Assembly (NCBI GenBank): GCA_964390565.1
Contig: CAYMII010000001.1
Coordinates: 47,230 to 111,229, forward strand
Direction: 5' to 3'
DNA length: 64,000 bases
From: an uncultured Rikenellaceae bacterium
GTDB lineage: Bacteria > Bacteroidota > Bacteroidia > Bacteroidales > Tenuifilaceae
The notes beneath the pieces are model-generated. The model made no database searches and had not been told where the DNA came from. It worked only from the letters and a program-made list of their open reading frames with translations. Made by a program: the position numbers and the translations under genes. Positions 15,592 to 23,884 of this stretch are shown here, piece by piece. The first letter of the stretch is position 1; every line of letters begins with the position of its first letter.

Positions 15592-16824
15592 ATGAATCGA
15601 TCAAAACTTCAACTATTTCTTCTGATTGCAACTATTGTTTGCTTAATCTCTCTTGTTGGAATCCAGATAAATTGGGTGCTTAAAGAGGCTCGATTGCAAG
15701 AAGCACAGTTCAATCGAAGCGTAGGGATGGCTCTACAACGAATCGAGAATAATCTCGAGAAGTACAAGAGTTGCACCCAGCAAAAACGATGCTCTTCGTG
15801 TAGACTATTAACTTTAACTCTAAAACAGGTTGCAAACGTCGATTCTATTATCAAAAGCGATTTAAACTTCTATGGTATTAACCTCGATTTTGATTATGAT
15901 ATTGTAGATTTGACCGTTGATAATCAGAAGATTCCACGCGGATGTTATATAACTAGTAATTTATCAGAGAAGTTGCAGCAGAAAGGTTATGAGCTGAAAA
16001 TCAACTTTCCTAAAAAGAGTGATTTTATTTTGGCTCAAATTGGAACAATCTTTATTACATCTATAATACTTGTTGTTCTTGTAACCCTTTCGTTTTTGTT
16101 GATATATCGATTTTATAAGCGTGAACGTGAAACATCTGAGCACATACGGCATTTTATCAATAATATGACACACGAGTTTAAGACTCCGCTCACCAATATT
16201 GGCTTTGCCAATAGTATGCTCTCAAAAAACGAAGCTATTGAAAGCGATCCAAAGCTGATGTCGTATTCAGGGATAATTAGAGATGAACAGCATAGGCTAA
16301 AGGAGAGGGTTGAATTACTTCTAAAAGCATCACAAAGCGATAATATTTTACCAACTAGTCTCGAGATTGTTGATTTAGCAAAGGTTGTTGAGGATGTTGT
16401 TGAATCGTTTCAGCCACAAATCGATGAAAAGGGTGGCGTTGTAACAATCCAAAAAACAGGATCTGATTTTTCATTATCAAGCAATATAGATCAGCTGCAT
16501 ATTGCTATCGGTAACATAATCGATAATGCAATTAAGTATTGCGATAAAGCCTTGAAAATTGATATTCACCTTAAAGTAAAAACCCATAGCATTGCAATTG
16601 AGATAATTGATAATGGGATTGGCATTCCATCAGAACATCAACAAAAGATTTTTGATAGGTTTTATCGCGTTCCCCAGGGCGATGTTCATGATGTTAAAGG
16701 ATTTGGATTAGGTCTTTTCCACGTAAAATCGATTGTTGAAAAATTAGGAGGAAAGATTTCGGTTTCGAGCAATAAAGGGAAGGGGAGTATGTTTGTGATA
16801 GAGCTAGTGAGAGGAGAGAGGTGA
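15592..16824 (+). CDS. sensor histidine kinase (HisKA + HATPase_c)
   Basis: H-box HEFKTPLTNI, N-box IIDNAIKY, G-boxes DNGIGIP and GFGLGL. There are two TM segments flanking a ~120-aa external loop that contains CTQQKRCSSC. Confidence 0.9.
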   Translation: MNRSKLQLFLLIATIVCLISLVGIQINWVLKEARLQEAQFNRSVGMALQRIENNLEKYKSCTQQKRCSSCRLLTLTLKQVANVDSIIKSDLNFYGINLDFDYDIVDLTVDNQKIPRGCYITSNLSEKLQQKGYELKINFPKKSDFILAQIGTIFITSIILVVLVTLSFLLIYRFYKRERETSEHIRHFINNMTHEFKTPLTNIGFANSMLSKNEAIESDPKLMSYSGIIRDEQHRLKERVELLLKASQSDNILPTSLEIVDLAKVVEDVVESFQPQIDEKGGVVTIQKTGSDFSLSSNIDQLHIAIGNIIDNAIKYCDKALKIDIHLKVKTHSIAIEIIDNGIGIPSEHQQKIFDRFYRVPQGDVHDVKGFGLGLFHVKSIVEKLGGKISVSSNKGKGSMFVIELVRGER

Positions 16825-16890
16825 GCGAAGAGAAATGGAAAACTAAATAGAGCAACAGTCAAACAACTTTAGAATTAACAGCAATACAAA

Positions 16891-17601
16891 ATGACACAAT
16901 CACTCGATAAAATACGTGTACTTCTTGTTGAGGACGATGTAAATCTAGGTTTTCTGCTTGTGGATTATCTGGAATCGCAGGGATTTGATGTTAAACTTTA
17001 TAACGATGGTATCGCGGGTTTTAAAGGATTTCAGCTGGCTTCTTACGATTTGTGCATAGTTGATATTATGCTTCCCAATATGGATGGATTTACGCTTATT
17101 GAGAAGATTAAAGGGATAAATAAAAAGGTTCCTATCATTATACTCTCAGCACGCTCCATGAGGGAGGATAAGATCAAAGGCTTTGCCTTTGGAGTCGACG
17201 ATTATATAACAAAACCCTTCGATGAGGAGGAATTGCTTTACAGGATTAAAGCAATCATGAGCCGTATCAGCCGTGAGGGCGAAGGAAAAGTAGCCGAGAC
17301 CAGAGAATCTGTTGATATTGGATGTTATCATTTCGATTGTGAAAAGCAGCAGCTTACCATTGGCGATAGTTCCATAAGGCTAACAGTAAAAGAAGCCAAA
17401 ATCCTAAAAATTCTTTGCCAATCGCGTGGGCGACTTGTAAAACGTGAGGAGTTAATGGTTGAAATTTGGGGTTACTCCGATTACTTCACAGGCCGCAGCC
17501 TCGATGTATTTATCTCCAAGTTACGCAAGTACCTCAAAAACGATTCCAATATTAAGATTACAAGTATTCCAACTGTGGGATACATTATGGAGGTGAATTA
17601 G
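16891..17601 (+). CDS. OmpR/PhoB-family response regulator
   Basis: Receiver motifs LLVEDD and DLCIVDIMLPNMDG, plus KP. The C-terminal winged-helix has LTVKEAKILKIL...VDVFISKLRKYL. Confidence 0.9.
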   Translation: MTQSLDKIRVLLVEDDVNLGFLLVDYLESQGFDVKLYNDGIAGFKGFQLASYDLCIVDIMLPNMDGFTLIEKIKGINKKVPIIILSARSMREDKIKGFAFGVDDYITKPFDEEELLYRIKAIMSRISREGEGKVAETRESVDIGCYHFDCEKQQLTIGDSSIRLTVKEAKILKILCQSRGRLVKREELMVEIWGYSDYFTGRSLDVFISKLRKYLKNDSNIKITSIPTVGYIMEVN

Positions 17602-17634
17602 GCTGTAGGTGTTTAGGCTATAGGCTGTAGGTTT
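17599..17634. repeat. TAGGCTG TAGGTGT TTAGGCTA TAGGCTG TAGGTTT word array starting on the stop codon
   Basis: Read directly. The TAG stop of the response regulator (17599-17601) is the first word of the array. Confidence 0.85.
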
Positions 17635-17844
17635 ATTATTACAGTGTTTCAAAGTTTTAGTGTTTTTTAAAATTAGTTTAGTTTTTGGGTTCTTTTTTAA
17701 GGCTCCAGTGCCACTGTTAATATAAAAACAAAAAAACTTCATTACTATTCACTTTGATTTATTAATTTCGTTGTGAATGTGTAAGTTACAAAGACTTTAT
17801 TTATAAACTAGTTAGGCGTAATTATTGAAGATAAAACAACATTC

Positions 17845-18288
17845 ATGAACACTACAAAGCCGAGACATCTAATAAATTCTTTCGAAGGACAAATAATTAT
17901 TTCGGAGAAATTAAAAATTACCAAGCAGACTGTTCCTTTAGAAATTATAGAATACTTCACATCTGACACTTTGAAGATTTTGGATATTAAAAACGGTTGG
18001 ATTCATTATTCAACTGAAAATTTGAAACTATATGACAAATATTTCAATTTTAGATTTACATTCTTCGAAGAAACCCTTAAGATGATTTCGTTCACTTTTG
18101 AAGAAAAACAATTAAGAGAAATGAATTGGAATAATTGGACTGAAGAAAAAGAGAAAAGAAAAAAGATAACATTTGAAGATTGGCTAAGTATTGAAATTGG
18201 AGATCAAAGAAAATTTGGTTGGGGAACAATAGAATCATATTTTGACAGCAAAGGTGGATTCTCAAGTATCGTGATGAATTATAAATAA
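17845..18288 (+). CDS. hypothetical protein (orphan, AT-rich)
   Basis: 147-aa ORF with no recognised catalytic motif. The C-terminal FGWGTIESYFDSKGGFSSIVMNY resembles tails seen in small immunity-type proteins, but this is a weak impression only. Confidence 0.4.
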   Translation: MNTTKPRHLINSFEGQIIISEKLKITKQTVPLEIIEYFTSDTLKILDIKNGWIHYSTENLKLYDKYFNFRFTFFEETLKMISFTFEEKQLREMNWNNWTEEKEKRKKITFEDWLSIEIGDQRKFGWGTIESYFDSKGGFSSIVMNYK

Positions 18289-18459
18289 CTACGCCTAACA
18301 CGTAGCAAAAAATATTGGGGCTAGATATTGCAGATGCAGCATTTTTATTACCTTTAACTAAGCTTCTAACGGCGGATAAATGTTCGGTTCTTAACTCCCC
18401 AACATTTCTTGCTACGGAAACGTTGTCGCCAGTTATTTAAAAGCAAAACATAAAATACT

Positions 18460-18888
18460 ATGGCAGAGCTAAAAACAAAACAAAATAGCGCAAACGTTAG
18501 CGAGTTTATTAACCAATTTGCTGATAGTGAACAAAAACGTAAGGATAGTTTTGAGTTGCTAAAGTTAATGCAAGATTTTACCGGTTTTGAGCCAAAGATG
18601 TGGGGAGCATCCATTATAGGTTTTGGTCGCTACCATTACAAATCGGAGCGAAGTAGCCAGGAGGGAGATTGGCCTCTTATTGGTTTTTCGCCTCGTAAGG
18701 CCGCTATTTCGCTTTACGTTTACACAGGAGCAAAAGAGCATGAATATCTACTAAAAGATTTAGGAAAATATAAAATGGGTAAAGCATGCATATACATTAA
18801 AAAGTTATCTGACATCAATCAAGATGTTCTTAAAAGTCTTATGAAAGAGACTATTGATTTTTTGCAATCAAGATATGAGGTAAAGTAG
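18460..18888 (+). CDS. DUF1801 (YdhG-like) domain protein
   Basis: VSEFINQF...RKDSFELLKLMQDFTGFEPKMWGASIIGFGRYHY...GFSPRKAAISLYV matches the DUF1801 pattern as I remember it. Confidence 0.7.
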   Translation: MAELKTKQNSANVSEFINQFADSEQKRKDSFELLKLMQDFTGFEPKMWGASIIGFGRYHYKSERSSQEGDWPLIGFSPRKAAISLYVYTGAKEHEYLLKDLGKYKMGKACIYIKKLSDINQDVLKSLMKETIDFLQSRYEVK

Positions 18889-18951
18889 TTTAAGTTTTGA
18901 TAAACTAATAGATTTATAAATAGACCTTTCAATTAATATTAAAATTAAGAT

Positions 18952-19179
18952 ATGGATCCAGTTGTAGTTTTTGCAGGTACAATTATGCAAGCCGAAATGC
19001 TTAAAAGTCTTCTTGAAGATACTGAGATTGAAGCCTTTTTAAAGGATGAGGCTATGGGAACAATTGCACCTTGGTATGCTAGTTCTGGTGGAATAGCATC
19101 TGTTAAAGTTGTAGTTTCAAAAGATGATTATGAGAAAGCAATGCTAGTTGTTGCTGAATTTGAAAAAAACATAAACTAA
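18952..19179 (+). CDS. DUF2007-like small protein
   Basis: 75 aa with MQAEMLKSLLEDTEIEAFLKDE...VVVSKDDYEKAMLVV, the pattern of the putative signal-transducing DUF2007 fold. Confidence 0.6.
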   Translation: MDPVVVFAGTIMQAEMLKSLLEDTEIEAFLKDEAMGTIAPWYASSGGIASVKVVVSKDDYEKAMLVVAEFEKNIN

Positions 19180-19189
19180 CCTAAACATT

Positions 19190-19666
19190 ATGACTCAAAA
19201 TCAATCATTAACCCAAATCATAAAACAAAGTCAAATAATTTGTTCTGCGCTAATTATTGGGCAACTATTCTTTTTGGCTGTTGCCATTTACCTTGTAATT
19301 CAAACCGGAGCCAGTTTTGGCGAGGCTAGTTTAGGTGATATTTTTATTTATATTATTCCATTATTTGCCGCTACTAGCATTGCAGCAAGCTATTTTGTTT
19401 TTAAAAACAAACTTAATAAGTTAAAACAAAGCCAGAGTTTAGAACAAAAATTAGTTGAGTATAGAGCCGCCCAAATTATTCGCTGGGCACTACTCGAAGG
19501 CCCATCATTTTTAACTATCATCGCTTTTTTATTAACTGGTCAGTTTCTTTTTGTGGGAATAGTTGCAATTATTATTATGTTTTTTATCCCAACATTTCCT
19601 TCTGCTGCTCGACTTGACCAGGATTTGGAGTTAAGATGGGAGGAGAAGAATCAGTTGATCGAATAA
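19190..19666 (+). CDS. hypothetical integral membrane protein (4 TM)
   Basis: Four hydrophobic segments, no recognised motif. Confidence 0.5.
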   Translation: MTQNQSLTQIIKQSQIICSALIIGQLFFLAVAIYLVIQTGASFGEASLGDIFIYIIPLFAATSIAASYFVFKNKLNKLKQSQSLEQKLVEYRAAQIIRWALLEGPSFLTIIAFLLTGQFLFVGIVAIIIMFFIPTFPSAARLDQDLELRWEEKNQLIE

Positions 19667-19724
19667 ACTTAATTACTCTGTGATGAACTCCGTGGCCCTC
19701 TGTGTTTAAAACTTGTATAAAATA

Positions 19725-19752
19725 AAAGACCTGCCATCTTAGACAGGTCTTT
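19725..19752. terminator. bidirectional stem-loop between convergent genes
   Basis: aaagacctg (19725-19733) pairs with caggtcttt (19744-19752). It is flanked by an A-run upstream and tcttttaatt downstream. Confidence 0.6.
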
Positions 19753-19768
19753 CTTTTAATTGATTAGC

Positions 19769-21307
19769 CTATGCTAAAGTACCAACTTCCTTCTCAACCT
19801 CTTCAAGAATTTCACCCGTTTTTACTAGTTCTTTCATCTTATTGTGGTCGGGGTAAAGCGGACGGTCGATATCTAAGAAATTAACGTGCTTACGTATTGT
19901 ATCTTTTGCTTTTTGAGTGCCAATTCCATATTTGTAAGGAGTTTCTAACTTCTCACGTAGGTCGAGCGCTTGAGCCGCAGCCATAAACTCTATACCCAAA
20001 ATGCCGAAGGCATTATCAAGAATTTGAAAATTCTTTATGGCAGTGTTCATACCCATCGATACAAAGTCCTCTTGATCGGCAGCTGCTGGAATTGATTGTA
20101 TTGAAGCTGGCATACAAAGAATACGCTGTTCAACAATCTGCATATCGGCAGTATACTGGCTAAGCATTAAACCCGAGAACATTCCTGGATCTTTGGTTAG
20201 GAATGGAGGTAAGCCAACGCTTAAAGCAGGGTTGTTAAGGCGATTCATCCTTCGTTCTGATAGAACGCAAACCATTGTAACTGCTGCACCTACCAAATCC
20301 ATTGGCAATGAAATAGGCGAGCCTTGGAAGTTGGCACCTGAAAGGGCTAAATTCTCATCAGCAAAGAAGATTGGGTTGTCACCAACACCGTTTAATTCAA
20401 TTTCAACCTGTTCACGAGCGTATTTTACTGCATCGTGTGCAGCACCGATAACCTGTGGGGTTGAGCGCATCGAGTAAGCATCTTGAACTTTGGTTTTTAG
20501 CTTGCCTTCGGCCAAATCGCCACCCTTTGTTACCTTTCGAATGGCAGCTGCGCTGCGCATACCTCCAGCAAATCCACGTACTTCAAGAATTTTTGGGTGA
20601 TAAGGTTTTAGGTTTGCCTTTAATGCTTCAAGCGACATGGCGCAAGCAATTTCAGCCTGTTTCAGAAAACGCTCGGTTTCGTAAATCATTATGGCGCTCA
20701 TGGCGGTAAGTACATTGGAACCGTTGATTGCCGCTAATCCGTCGCGAGCATGTAGGCCAGGAGTTTCAATACCAGCACGTTTCATTGCTTCTTTGCCTTC
20801 AAGGAATTCACCTTTGTAGTAAGCATGGCCTTCGCCCATTAGTAAAAGCGCAATTTGCGACATGGGAGCAAGGTCGCCGCAAGCACCAACCGAACCTTTA
20901 TCGCAAACGTAAGGAGTAACTCCCTTGTTAAGCATATCAACAAAGGTTTGAGTTATCTCAAGGCGGCAGCCTGAGTTCCCATGAGCATGAACGTTGATGC
21001 GACCGAGCATCGCTGCGCGAACATACTCAATAGCTAATGGGTTACCGATACCTGCTGCATGGTTATATACTAGATATTTTTGAAAATCCTGTATCTGTTC
21101 ATCTTTTAAAACTACCTCCGAAAACTCCCCAATCCCAGTATTTATGCCATACATAATTTCGTGTGCAGCAATCTTTTTGTCGAGCATCGCACGGCATTTC
21201 TTAATCTTTTCAACACAGTCAGGATGTAATTCAACTTTCTCGTTATGTCGAGCAACTCTTACAACATCTTCTATTTTAAGGTTTGCTCCAGTTATTATAA
21301 ATGTCAT
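19769..21307 (-). CDS. aromatic amino acid/histidine ammonia-lyase family enzyme (MIO-type) with Ala-Cys-Gly triad
   Basis: Full-length similarity to the HAL/PAL family: GINTGIGEF, NHAAGIG, KGSVGACGDLAPMS, DAYSMRSTPQV, NGVGDNP, NFQGSP, QEDFVSMG. The triad codons were verified on the DNA at 20876-20884. Confidence 0.9.
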   Translation of the reverse strand: MTFIITGANLKIEDVVRVARHNEKVELHPDCVEKIKKCRAMLDKKIAAHEIMYGINTGIGEFSEVVLKDEQIQDFQKYLVYNHAAGIGNPLAIEYVRAAMLGRINVHAHGNSGCRLEITQTFVDMLNKGVTPYVCDKGSVGACGDLAPMSQIALLLMGEGHAYYKGEFLEGKEAMKRAGIETPGLHARDGLAAINGSNVLTAMSAIMIYETERFLKQAEIACAMSLEALKANLKPYHPKILEVRGFAGGMRSAAAIRKVTKGGDLAEGKLKTKVQDAYSMRSTPQVIGAAHDAVKYAREQVEIELNGVGDNPIFFADENLALSGANFQGSPISLPMDLVGAAVTMVCVLSERRMNRLNNPALSVGLPPFLTKDPGMFSGLMLSQYTADMQIVEQRILCMPASIQSIPAAADQEDFVSMGMNTAIKNFQILDNAFGILGIEFMAAAQALDLREKLETPYKYGIGTQKAKDTIRKHVNFLDIDRPLYPDHNKMKELVKTGEILEEVEKEVGTLA

Positions 21308-21682
21308 AGTTTTAAGGTTTAATTAATAATTTATAAATAATGATAATTGCAATGATATCCAATTATGGGTATCATTAAATAAGTTTTGAAGATTTGGAAT
21401 TTGAAATCAGAAATTAATTATGAACAGGCAGGTGCGGTTAATCTTAATCTTGAATTTAAGTTGCCACTTATTCATAACAGATTATTTTATAGTTAAATAT
21501 ATGAAAATTTATGAGATGCTAAAGTGTTTATATCAATTCTTTATTTTGGGATATAGAAAAAAGACAAGTGACAAGCGACAAGTGGTTTGTGATTGGCTTT
21601 AATAAATTGCTAGAGATGAGCGTTGAGAAAATAGAAACTACTCTAAAGCAAAACAGTCAAAGAAACATTTTTCAAAAAAGAC

Positions 21683-21690
21683 TACATTTG
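21683..21690 (+). promoter_or_regulatory. TAnnTTTG box upstream of the radical SAM gene
   Basis: tacatttg lies 18 nt upstream of ATG 21708. Confidence 0.35.
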
Positions 21691-21707
21691 AAGCCTATAT
21701 TCTCATT

Positions 21708-22586
21708 ATGTACTTTAAATACAACGAACCGCTATTTCGCCCTCCAGCCGAGGCTTATTCGGCGATAATTCAAGCAACTTTAGGTTGTTCTTGGAATCGA
21801 TGTGCATTTTGTGAGATGTATACCTCAAAAAAGTTTAAGGTTCGTAAAATTGAAGAGCTAAAGCCTGAGATTGAAACCCTTTCGAAGATATATGTTGGTG
21901 CAAAAAAGGTTTTCCTTGCCGATGGGAATGCATTTGTTTTATCGGCAAATAATCTGATTCCCATTCTCGAGGAGATTAATAAACATTTTGGACGAATTCA
22001 ACGGATCTCATCATACGCATTACCAAAGGATATATTGAGTAAAAGCGATGATGAGCTTAAAAAGCTAAGAGAACTTGGCATTAAACTACTTTATGTTGGC
22101 ATCGAAACGGGTGATGATGAGCTGTTACAGCTGATTAACAAAGGTGAAACATCTCAATCAACGGTTGACGGTATTTTAAAGGCGCATAATGCGGGAATTG
22201 AGACATCAATAATGATTATTAACGGACTTGGAGGCAAGCAATTTACTAAGCAACATGCTGTTAACTCTGCCCGAATTATCAATAAAATCAACCCTCGATT
22301 TCTATCGACTTTAACGTTAAGCATGCCATTTGGCGAGAATCATTTTAAAGATAGGTTTAAGGGAGAGTATATTTCGCTTTCTGTAGTTGAACTTTACGAG
22401 GAGTTGAGAACATTTATTGGTTTAACAGAGCTAAGTAATGTGATCTATCGAAGTAACCATGTGTCAAATAATTTGATACTTAGCGGTACTTTATCAAAAG
22501 ATAAGGATAACATTATTGAACAGATTGATGTGGCTATTGCTTCTATACCAAGAGGGCTATACCCCTCATCACCGTTGATGTTGTAA
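21708..22586 (+). CDS. radical SAM protein (Elp3-type/TIM-barrel core) with CX4CX2C cluster motif
   Basis: GCSWNRCAFCEMY (Cys codons 21786-21812 verified on the DNA). Also FLADGNAF, GIETG and further core motifs. 292 aa. Confidence 0.8.
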   Translation: MYFKYNEPLFRPPAEAYSAIIQATLGCSWNRCAFCEMYTSKKFKVRKIEELKPEIETLSKIYVGAKKVFLADGNAFVLSANNLIPILEEINKHFGRIQRISSYALPKDILSKSDDELKKLRELGIKLLYVGIETGDDELLQLINKGETSQSTVDGILKAHNAGIETSIMIINGLGGKQFTKQHAVNSARIINKINPRFLSTLTLSMPFGENHFKDRFKGEYISLSVVELYEELRTFIGLTELSNVIYRSNHVSNNLILSGTLSKDKDNIIEQIDVAIASIPRGLYPSSPLML

Positions 22587-22630
22587 AGGGTTAGTAATAA
22601 TTTTAAAATCGAAACATTAAACTGTTTACC

Positions 22631-23308
22631 ATGAAAATAGGACTGCTCGTTTGCGATTATATTCAAGAGGGTTTCCCTGGTTACCCCGAACTTTTTGGCA
22701 ATCTTTTACCCGAACACGAATTGGTTAACTATTATGTTTGCGATGGCGTGTTTCCCAAATCCGCGCATGAGCATGAGGCTTGGATTATAACTGGATCAAA
22801 GTATTCTGTTTATGATGATATTGAATGGATAAATAAGTTAAAAGTCTTTATACGCGATATTTCAAAGGCTGATAAATACTGCATAGGGGTTTGTTTTGGA
22901 CACCAGATGCTTGGTGAGGCAATGGGTGGAAAAGTTTTAAAGTCGCCAATGGGTTGGTGCGTAGGGGTTCATCAATTTGAAGTTTTAGAGGCTGCGAGTT
23001 GGATGAATCCTAATCAACCTAAAGTAAATCTGCTTATGTCCTGTCAGGATCAGATTCAAGTCTTACCTCCAAATAGCAAAGTTATCGCAAAAGCTCCCAG
23101 ATGTCCAGTTGGGATGATACAAATTGGAAACAAAATGTTGGGCATACAAGGCCATCCGGAGTTTACGGCAGACTATGTAAAATATTTGATGGAGGATAGA
23201 ACTAATCGGATTGGGGAACAGACAGTAAAAGAAGGCATCCAAAGCCTTAACATGCCAAAGCATAGCGATATTGTTGGCAATTGGATTAACGATTTTATAA
23301 ATACTTAA
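22631..23308 (+). CDS. class I glutamine amidotransferase-like protein (GuaA N-domain type)
   Basis: Nucleophile elbow GVCFGHQMLG and the His-Glu pair in GIQGHPEF. Confidence 0.85.
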   Translation: MKIGLLVCDYIQEGFPGYPELFGNLLPEHELVNYYVCDGVFPKSAHEHEAWIITGSKYSVYDDIEWINKLKVFIRDISKADKYCIGVCFGHQMLGEAMGGKVLKSPMGWCVGVHQFEVLEAASWMNPNQPKVNLLMSCQDQIQVLPPNSKVIAKAPRCPVGMIQIGNKMLGIQGHPEFTADYVKYLMEDRTNRIGEQTVKEGIQSLNMPKHSDIVGNWINDFINT

Positions 23309-23339
23309 CCTTAACCTTAACCTTAACCTTAACCTTAAC
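23304..23339. repeat. perfect (CTTAAC)x6 hexamer array beginning on the stop codon
   Basis: Read directly. The TAA stop of the amidotransferase gene (23306-23308) lies in unit 1. Confidence 0.95.
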
Positions 23340-23442
23340 CTCTTTTTTTCTTCATTCACCTACTAATAATCCCAATTGGTCGATTGATTTTATGTAAACA
23401 CAAAGCATCAATCTAATTTTGTTTCCGTTAATAATTATTGAG

Positions 23443-23841
23443 ATGGAAGCATATGGATGCATTCATAAATGGTTTAGCCATTTGATAAGTTGTAATAATT
23501 CGAATAAGAAAGGTATTGTTATACCAACAATTTGGGTCGATTCACCTGAGCTAACTGCATCGTATTACCAAAATTACCTTGGATTCAGTAGGATAATTTC
23601 ATGCCCAATAAAAGGAACGATATTGCTCAAAAATGATAAAAATTGGTTGCTGGTTAAACCTATTTTGAAAAACTTTGTAAGTGAAAATCAACGGCTAAAG
23701 TTATATTCTAAAAATTTAGAAGAGGATTATTCTCTTGTTTACGATAAAGTAAGAGTAATTCAACCGTACAAATTAAAATCAATCGAAAAATTTACTATAA
23801 AAGATTGTAATGGCATAGAAATTGAGTACAGCGCAAGCTGA
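23443..23841 (+). CDS. hypothetical protein (possibly VOC/glyoxalase-fold)
   Basis: IPTIWVDSPELTASYYQNYLGFSRI resembles the first beta-alpha-beta of VOC proteins, but the match is weak. I prefer ATG 23443 over the track TTG at 23419. Confidence 0.3.
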   Translation: MEAYGCIHKWFSHLISCNNSNKKGIVIPTIWVDSPELTASYYQNYLGFSRIISCPIKGTILLKNDKNWLLVKPILKNFVSENQRLKLYSKNLEEDYSLVYDKVRVIQPYKLKSIEKFTIKDCNGIEIEYSAS

Positions 23842-23884
23842 AAAAGAAATTAAAAATCAACCCTAAAAGTATTAAAAAAGACTG

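Noticed and set aside
20193-20919. Three plus-strand ORFs (94, 84 and 63 aa) inside the ammonia-lyase gene
   Set aside because: They are antisense to a full-length, motif-complete 512-aa enzyme gene. Their Arg/Leu/Pro-rich composition is typical of antisense frames.
21420-21768. Two small plus-strand ORFs in the 400-bp region upstream of the radical SAM gene, considered as possible RiPP precursor peptides
   Set aside because: Their sequences are low-complexity and hydrophobic or AT-driven, and they span the GACAAGT repeat and the predicted promoter box. They show no leader/core organisation or Cys/Ser/Thr-rich core. They cannot be excluded without expression data.
23063-23359. 98-aa minus-strand ORF with an (RL)n N-terminus
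   Set aside because: The RLRLRL stretch is simply the (CTTAAC)x6 array read in reverse. The rest of the ORF is antisense to the well-supported amidotransferase gene.
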